Shown: piece by piece, positions 58,107 to 64,000 of the stretch | Numbering within the stretch: position 1 is the first letter of the stretch | How the letters are laid out: each line of letters begins with the position of its first letter | DNA from: Thermodesulfobacteriota bacterium | Lineage (GTDB): Bacteria > Desulfobacterota > Desulfarculia > JACQYL01 | Direction: 5' to 3' | Length of the DNA: 64,000 nucleotides | Assembly: GCA_963675595.2 (NCBI GenBank) | Contig: CAXXLZ010000002.1 | Span: 2,336,001-2,400,000 of the forward strand | Translations under genes and position numbers: made by a program | The notes under the pieces: model-generated | The model's database searches: none | Seen by the model: only the letters and a program-made list of their open reading frames with translations | What the model was told of the DNA's origin: nothing

Positions 58107-59807
58107 ATGAACGGACGTAATATCAGGAACATGGGGGCTCAGACGGGCCGATATCTTTCTTGGATAGGCGCACTGCTGGTCCTTGTTCTGGTACTCCTGC
58201 CGGCCTTGTTTCCGCCGGAAAGACGTCCCTCGCCCGTGGGAAGCGCCCCAAGAGCGGGAGGAGAGCTCAGGATCGACCTTCCCATTCCTCTGGGAGAATT
58301 CGATCTGCACTCTAAGTCGGGTAACGGAGCCTCCTTCGCTCTCCAAATGATGGTCAACATGCTTTGCCGTCTCGGGCCCGACGGTTCACCGCAGCCCGAA
58401 CTCGCCAAGTCCTGGACAATGACCCAACAAGGCCGAAAGTGGGAATTCATTCTCCATTCCCATGTCCGTTTCCACGACGGCACTTTCATGACTCCCAGGG
58501 ACGTCATCTATTCCCTGGAAACTCAATTTCGAAACGTGATTCCCCAGTTTCTGCGCATCGCCCGGTTTCGCGAAGATTCTCATCCGGATCGGGTGCTCGT
58601 GGAACTGGACCACCCGGTTCCCAACTTTCTGTCGTATCTTGCCTACGTCCCCATCTTCCCGTCCGGATCCTTCTCAAATCCACGCTGGTTCTCACATCCT
58701 GTGGGCACCGGTCCCTTTCGATTCCAGAGTCGCGACGGCCGGCGGGTGATCGTCCTCTCCTCCTTTCAGGATTATTTTGAAGGACGTCCCTGGCTCGATC
58801 GGCTGGTGCTGCGCCACCCCGGAGGTGAAGCGGAACTCCCTTGGAGGCTGTTGGAAGAAAAGACGGACTTGGTGCTGGAAATGAACCCCTGCTATGATTC
58901 CCTGCTGAAGACGGCCGATCACCTCCTTCACGTCGAGTCCGGCCCTCAGCATGTTCATTTCGTAATTCTGTTCAACACGAGCAAGCCTCCCCTAAACGAT
59001 GCCCGCATCCGAAACGCCCTGGCCATGGGCATTCAAACAAACGGTTTGAGCCCGAATCTTTTGCCCGACAAACAGAATCCGATGTTCGTTCCCTTGTCGA
59101 ATCAAAGATTCCAGCGCGCCGTGGAACTTCTGTCGGAGGCCGGTTGGAGAGACCACGACGGAGACGGCTACCTGGACAGAAACGGACAACGATTCGAGTT
59201 CTCCATCCTGGTGCCGGAAGAATATGCGCCCGAATACGACACCGTTTTGCGGGTCATGGCCCAGTGGAAACGCTTGGGAATCAGAGCCGACTGGCATGGG
59301 GGAAGCTACGCGAATCACTATGAAACGCGTCTCAATCCGGGCGATTTTCAAGCGACCTTATTCTATTTCCGACTCATGCCCGACGAGCCCGAATTTCTAT
59401 ATAATTTATGGCACCATAGCGGAATATGGAACTTCAGTCGTTATCACGACGAGGAAGCGGATCGCATTATCGAGGCCGCCATGACGGAAAGCGATCCTCA
59501 CCGGCGGCGGGACCTCTATGCCGGACTGAAGAAGGTCCTGGATCGGGACCATCCTTTCATTTACCTGGGGAGCAAACAGGTGAGCTGTTCCCTGTCCAAC
59601 TATTTTCAGGGCATGGAAGAAATTTACGGCCAAGGCCGATTCTCAAGAAGGTTTCACAAAGTCCGCCTGCTGGATGGAGCGCGCCCGGGCTCGCACCAGT
59701 TGACCGCCTACGCCCGGTCGCAGCCCCGAGCATTCTGGCAGACCTGGTTTCATCCGCTGGACCGGGTGGTCCGGACACTCTTTCCCATCGAGGACGATCA
59801 GAAGTAA
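58107..59807 (+). CDS. Orphan family 5 (Opp/Dpp-type) peptide-binding protein
   Basis: PELAKSW, VRFHDG...T..DV.YS, PVGTGPF, NFSRY; N-terminal hydrophobic segment; alternative start 58131. Confidence 0.82.
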   Translation: MNGRNIRNMGAQTGRYLSWIGALLVLVLVLLPALFPPERRPSPVGSAPRAGGELRIDLPIPLGEFDLHSKSGNGASFALQMMVNMLCRLGPDGSPQPELAKSWTMTQQGRKWEFILHSHVRFHDGTFMTPRDVIYSLETQFRNVIPQFLRIARFREDSHPDRVLVELDHPVPNFLSYLAYVPIFPSGSFSNPRWFSHPVGTGPFRFQSRDGRRVIVLSSFQDYFEGRPWLDRLVLRHPGGEAELPWRLLEEKTDLVLEMNPCYDSLLKTADHLLHVESGPQHVHFVILFNTSKPPLNDARIRNALAMGIQTNGLSPNLLPDKQNPMFVPLSNQRFQRAVELLSEAGWRDHDGDGYLDRNGQRFEFSILVPEEYAPEYDTVLRVMAQWKRLGIRADWHGGSYANHYETRLNPGDFQATLFYFRLMPDEPEFLYNLWHHSGIWNFSRYHDEEADRIIEAAMTESDPHRRRDLYAGLKKVLDRDHPFIYLGSKQVSCSLSNYFQGMEEIYGQGRFSRRFHKVRLLDGARPGSHQLTAYARSQPRAFWQTWFHPLDRVVRTLFPIEDDQK

Positions 59808-59932
59808 CCTGCTGAAATCCCGACACTTCCTGCGAAAAAACCACTCCAATTCCCTGCCGAACACCTCTGCACGCTTCTTGCCTCTCCTTGCGACGACGCG
59901 CGTTCAAATCCAACACACAAGGAGAAACCGCA

Positions 59933-60019
59933 ATGCACGTAACGATTCGTTTGGCAACGTACGATTTCCGCTCGGCGCAACAGCTCTGCTGCTATATCGG
60001 CCCGCAAATTCTGACCTAA
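59933..60019 (+). CDS. Putative RiPP precursor peptide, 28 aa: MHVTIRLATYDFRSAQQLCCYIGPQILT
   Basis: Strong RBS AAGGAG 8 nt before ATG; Cys-Cys motif; directly upstream of a radical SAM/SPASM gene. Confidence 0.75.
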   Translation: MHVTIRLATYDFRSAQQLCCYIGPQILT

Positions 60020-60056
60020 GAAACCGATCAAGCCCGCCGGCCGGCTGATTTCATTC

Positions 60057-60086
60057 AGGGGTCTCCGGACCCCTTTTTACCTTTTT
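60057..60086 (+). terminator. Terminator-like hairpin between precursor and maturase
   Basis: AGGGGTC-TCCG-GACCCCT (UNCG tetraloop) followed by TTTTACCTTTTT. Confidence 0.65.
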
Positions 60087-60099
60087 CTCGGGGAATTCC

Positions 60100-61455
60100 A
60101 TGCATACGATCAACCCTGTTCCCTCCAGGTATTTGGTGGAACACGAAACAGCTTGGGACGGGACGCCTTGGACGGTCCTGTTCCATTCCCTGAACCGGGG
60201 TCTCAAAATCCTGGAGCCCTCAATATGGCGGGACTTCCAATCCGGAAGAATGGATGGGAGGCATCGGCCGCTGTTCCAGGAACTGTGCGAAATGGGATTT
60301 CTGGTGTCGCCCTCGCTGGACGAAACCAGATTGCTCTCCAATTGGCGTTACAGCCGATTCCTGGATACCCGCTCCATGACGTTCAAAATCCAGGTGACGG
60401 AAGCCTGCAACCTGCGATGCGTATTCTGCATTCAGGAGGGCATGAAGGGGCCGGTTCACATGTCCGACGAAACCTCTCGCCGGTGTGCCGCGCTCATCGA
60501 AGAACTCATTGAAAGCAGGCGCCCGGACTCCATCAAGATCATGATCACCGGAGGCGAACCACTGCTCAACTTTGAAAGCATCCAAACGCTTGGGGCTCTG
60601 GTTCATTTCTGCAGGGGCCGAGGAGTCGACGTTGAATTCAGCCTGACCACCAACGGGGTGCTTCTGGATCGTTCCACGGCGAGAAATCTCAGCCGTTTGG
60701 GCATGCATACGGTCCGCGTCTCTCTGTTCGGTCCGCCCGATCTTCATGATCGACACCGGGTGTTCGAAGGCGGCCGAGGGTCCTACGATCTCATCGAGCG
60801 CAACCTCGTTGAAGCATCGGAGTTTCTGACTTTCCGTCCCGCGATCCAGTACGACGAGGACACCTCCGACTACCTCCGATATCCCGAGCTCTTTGATCGT
60901 CTGCTGGACGTCGGACTGGGCGGTTCGGTGCATGACATGGAATTCGGTGCTTTGCTTCCCCGCGAACTGGATTTCGACCGACGCGCCCGGCCGGATTGTT
61001 CAGGCCCGAGCCGTCCCGACATCTACTTCTTCCTGGAACAAGAGGCTCGGAAACGGGGATTCCGTGAATTGGGACCGCCGCCTTCCGTGGGATGCCTCGC
61101 CAACCGGCGAGGTTCCCTGGTCATCGACGTCAACGGCAACCTGATAAGCTGTCCGGGAGTTTCCCACGAATGGCACCCGGAGCTCACGTATGGGAACGTG
61201 TACCGAGGCGTGGATTTCACCGCGGAATCCCAGATCATCGCCCCGCCGTTGCCGGACGGCTGCGGTGAATGCTCCCTGGCCGGCCTGTGCGACGGCGGTT
61301 GTCGCCAACAAGCACTGGTCGGAAGCGGAACCTTTCACGGTGTATTCTGCAGCAAGGAATATCTCGAGTCCGTCATACGGCAATACATGGAAGACACGGT
61401 GATCGGGTATCTCAAAGAAAACGCGCCCCGATTCAACAATGCCCAAGCGGCATGA
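60100..61455 (+). CDS. Radical SAM/SPASM peptide maturase, resembling geopeptide-type maturases
   Basis: N-terminal RRE-like region, CNLRCVFC, GGEPLL, TTNG, SPASM C...C...CGECSLAGLCDGGC...C. Confidence 0.88.
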   Translation: MHTINPVPSRYLVEHETAWDGTPWTVLFHSLNRGLKILEPSIWRDFQSGRMDGRHRPLFQELCEMGFLVSPSLDETRLLSNWRYSRFLDTRSMTFKIQVTEACNLRCVFCIQEGMKGPVHMSDETSRRCAALIEELIESRRPDSIKIMITGGEPLLNFESIQTLGALVHFCRGRGVDVEFSLTTNGVLLDRSTARNLSRLGMHTVRVSLFGPPDLHDRHRVFEGGRGSYDLIERNLVEASEFLTFRPAIQYDEDTSDYLRYPELFDRLLDVGLGGSVHDMEFGALLPRELDFDRRARPDCSGPSRPDIYFFLEQEARKRGFRELGPPPSVGCLANRRGSLVIDVNGNLISCPGVSHEWHPELTYGNVYRGVDFTAESQIIAPPLPDGCGECSLAGLCDGGCRQQALVGSGTFHGVFCSKEYLESVIRQYMEDTVIGYLKENAPRFNNAQAA

Positions 61456-62720
61456 ACCGGCATCTCCGAATCCTGGCCGGGGCGGACTTTCTCTCCGTTT
61501 CGGCCGGACAACTATTGGGGTTGGCTCTTTGTGAGCTCCTGGTTTTAGGCAGACACCAGGGCGAGAGGAATCTGCTCTTCCTCTTGGCGGCCGCTCAGAC
61601 ACCGGCTTTTTTGCTCTCCTTCGTATCGGGCGGACTACTGGATCGGTCCAACCCTGCGCGCATCCTTTTCGTCTGTGGGGCGGCCAAGGCCCTGCCCGCG
61701 CTTCTTCTCTCCCTCGTTCCCGGCTCCCATGTGGTTGTGTTCCTCATCTACGCCTTCCACTCCGCGGCGGACCTGCTTCATATTTCGGCCAGGAGCACTT
61801 TGGTGCCCTTTCTCTTCCCTCCCGAAGACATCATGCATGCCAATGCGTTTCGGCAAAAAGCGGCTTTGACCGGCGGCATCTTGGGGCCCATCTGCATGGG
61901 CTGGATCGTGTCGCAGGCAGGACCCGTCAAGGCACTCATTTTGTGCGCCTTTCTTTGCTTCATTTCCGGAGTGCCGGGAGTCCTTCTGATGAAACCCTCG
62001 GAGATGTCACGACGACGACTCGTCCGGGAATCTCCGCCTCCGTCCGCCACGGCGCGAAACCTGCCGGTTCTCCAATGGCTTCTCCTTCTGTTCATGTCCG
62101 CCGGGGCGGGCGGGCTGTTCCAGTACGCGTCGCCTCTTTGGATCGACGGCCGATCCTGGGGAAATGCCGCAGCCTTGGGCGCCGTATTCTCGCTGTTCAA
62201 CGCCGGCTCCTTCGCAGGAGCAATCCTGGTTTCCAGAATGGGATGTATGTCGAGAGTCCCGATGCTCAGATTGGGCATGATTTCGGAAGGCGCCGGGATC
62301 CTCGCTTTGGCCGCACCTCTCTGCTCCCTCCCGCCGTTTCTTGGTATTTTCATGTTCTTGGGAGTCACCTCTGTTTCTCGTCATATCCTTATCGAGAGTC
62401 GGATCCAGGCGTTGGCCCCGCCGATGTTCATGGGACGAACCATGTCCGCAGCGTACGGCCTGAGAGCTCTGGCAACGGTCTCCGGGGCGGGATTGGGTTT
62501 TCTGGTGTTCTCCCGTTTCGGCATCAACGCCCTGCTTCTGGCCTGCGGATTTTTTCTGTTCCTCGGCGCTCTGTGCAATCCGCCGTCCCCGGCTTCGTTG
62601 AAAGAAGGATTCAAGCCTTTCAGCCGCGCACCCCTCCGCCGCGGGGCTGCAGTTTCGCCTCCCATCCCGGCCGAACAAAAGGCTCCGTCTTGCAAGGAAC
62701 GCCCGAATCTGTCAGACTAA
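61452..62720 (+). CDS. MFS transporter (macrolide/peptide exporter-like)
   Basis: ATGA overlap with the maturase stop; GGLLDR motif A; about 12 TM; IQ...P..MGR. Confidence 0.8.
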   Translation: MNRHLRILAGADFLSVSAGQLLGLALCELLVLGRHQGERNLLFLLAAAQTPAFLLSFVSGGLLDRSNPARILFVCGAAKALPALLLSLVPGSHVVVFLIYAFHSAADLLHISARSTLVPFLFPPEDIMHANAFRQKAALTGGILGPICMGWIVSQAGPVKALILCAFLCFISGVPGVLLMKPSEMSRRRLVRESPPPSATARNLPVLQWLLLLFMSAGAGGLFQYASPLWIDGRSWGNAAALGAVFSLFNAGSFAGAILVSRMGCMSRVPMLRLGMISEGAGILALAAPLCSLPPFLGIFMFLGVTSVSRHILIESRIQALAPPMFMGRTMSAAYGLRALATVSGAGLGFLVFSRFGINALLLACGFFLFLGALCNPPSPASLKEGFKPFSRAPLRRGAAVSPPIPAEQKAPSCKERPNLSD

Positions 62721-62795
62721 TCATCAGTCGATCTTCGCAATTACCGGCGGGCATCTTCCCGTCCCGCCTCGGACCCATGGGTACGGCGGCGAACA

Positions 62796-64000
62796 ATGGC
62801 ACAGACGAATCCCTTTTCTTCCGATCCCACTCAAGTCAAGATCATCGCCACTTTGGGGCCCGCCTCCTCTTCGGCGGATGCCGTCCGGCGTCTGATTCGC
62901 GCCGGCGTGGACGGGTTCCGTTTCAACTTCAGCCACGGTACCCACGATTCACACAGACAAATCTTTGTCACGGCCAGGGAATGCATCCAAGAAGCCGATC
63001 GCCCTTTGGCCCTCATTCAGGACATTCAGGGGCCCAAACTGCGGGTGGGACGACTTGAGAACGGAAGTCTGGAACTGCGGGAGGACGCCCAAGTCTTCAT
63101 TGCTCCCACCCCGATTCAGGGAAGCGGAGACCGATTTTCCGTAAGCTACCGCAACCTGCTGGAGGACGTTCAAAGCGGAGAGATCCTGCTCCTGGACGAC
63201 GGCAAAATTCGGCTTGAAGCCGACGGCACCCGAGATGGGATGCTGGCATGCCGCGTTCTCGAAGGCGGAGTCCTGCTGGAAAACAAGGGAGTCAATCTGC
63301 CGGGAACCACGACTTCTCTCCCCCCCCTCACGGAAAAGGACCTGGCGGACATCGAGTTCGGCGTAACACTCGGATTCGATTATGTAGCCCTCTCCTTCGT
63401 CCAAAAGGCCGACGACATCGAGTTGCTTCGCAACACCTTGAAACGCTTCGGTCGTCAAGTGCCCATCATCGCCAAGCTGGAACGTCCCGCCGTGCTGAGT
63501 CGGTTGGACGAAATCATCCCGGCGTCGGACATGGTAATGGTGGCCCGTGGAGATTTGGGCATCGAGGTCCGCGTGGAACGTGTTCCGGTTCTACAAAAAC
63601 AAATCATTCGCAAAGCCAATATCCTCGGTGTCCCGGTCATTACAGCCACGCAAATGCTTGAATCCATGATCGAACATCATTTTCCCACTCGGGCGGAGGC
63701 AACCGACGTGGCCAACGCGGTCTACGACGGCACCGATGCCGTGATGCTCTCCGGAGAAACGAGTGTGGGGCACGATCCCGTACGAGTCGTGGCCATGATG
63801 AAGAAGATCATCCGCGAAGCGGAAGCATTTCCGGAAGCCTACACACTGTTCAGCAGCTCGAAACACGAACCCCGAGAGGATCCGTCCGTAGCTCACGCCC
63901 TCTGCCATCTAGCCTCTTCGGCGTACCGGCATTTTCCCCTGAAGGGCATTTGGATTTATACTCAAACCGGGGCTACGGCCGTCATCGTCTCCAAATTCAA
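62796..64000 (+). CDS. pyk: Pyruvate kinase (runs off the right edge)
   Basis: Manual translation: KIIATLGPAS, RFNFSHG, DIQGPKLR, IIAKLE, MVARGDLG, TATQMLESM, PTRAE.TDVANA, DAVMLSGET. Confidence 0.93.
   Translation, partial: MAQTNPFSSDPTQVKIIATLGPASSSADAVRRLIRAGVDGFRFNFSHGTHDSHRQIFVTARECIQEADRPLALIQDIQGPKLRVGRLENGSLELREDAQVFIAPTPIQGSGDRFSVSYRNLLEDVQSGEILLLDDGKIRLEADGTRDGMLACRVLEGGVLLENKGVNLPGTTTSLPPLTEKDLADIEFGVTLGFDYVALSFVQKADDIELLRNTLKRFGRQVPIIAKLERPAVLSRLDEIIPASDMVMVARGDLGIEVRVERVPVLQKQIIRKANILGVPVITATQMLESMIEHHFPTRAEATDVANAVYDGTDAVMLSGETSVGHDPVRVVAMMKKIIREAEAFPEAYTLFSSSKHEPREDPSVAHALCHLASSAYRHFPLKGIWIYTQTGATAVIVSKF

Noticed and set aside
58025-58120. 31-aa Arg/Ser-rich ORF as a second precursor
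   Set aside because: No RBS, no Cys, composition typical of a non-coding frame.
1-64000. CRISPR arrays, tRNA/rRNA, integrases, transposases, known defence systems
   Set aside because: No regularly spaced repeats, cloverleafs or such protein motifs were recognised by eye; short RNAs could have been missed.

Overview
GC-rich chromosomal window from an anaerobic deltaproteobacterium (Desulfobacterota-like, inferred from gene content). No rRNA, tRNA, CRISPR array or transposase was recognised. It holds housekeeping and stress genes (glycerate kinase, TrxB, Tat-exported SOD, ADP-forming acyl-CoA synthetase, tungsten AOR with two MoaD-like proteins, Liv-type ABC transporter with PaaK, RecD2, pyruvate kinase) and three notable loci. 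(1) 31.3-35.0 kb: a stand-alone, probably Na+-type, ATP synthase Fo operon without F1 genes. It encodes a normal c subunit plus a 324-aa c subunit with four fused hairpins, only one of which keeps the ion-binding Glu. (2) 36.7-51.1 kb: a mirror-symmetric, sigma54-controlled sulfur-intermediate respiration island with PhsABC/PsrABC-like genes, rhodaneses (one a probable UGA-readthrough selenoprotein fused to a thioredoxin-like domain) and a 13-heme cytochrome c3-OTR fusion with HybA/NrfD-like partners. (3) 56.2-62.7 kb: a candidate RiPP signalling cluster with an atypical sigma54 activator, an orphan peptide-binding protein, a 28-aa Cys-Cys precursor too short for the ORF track (MHVTIRLATYDFRSAQQLCCYIGPQILT), a radical SAM/SPASM maturase and an MFS exporter. 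A ~125-bp intergenic repeat occurs three times. Family assignments come from motif recognition only; no searches were run.
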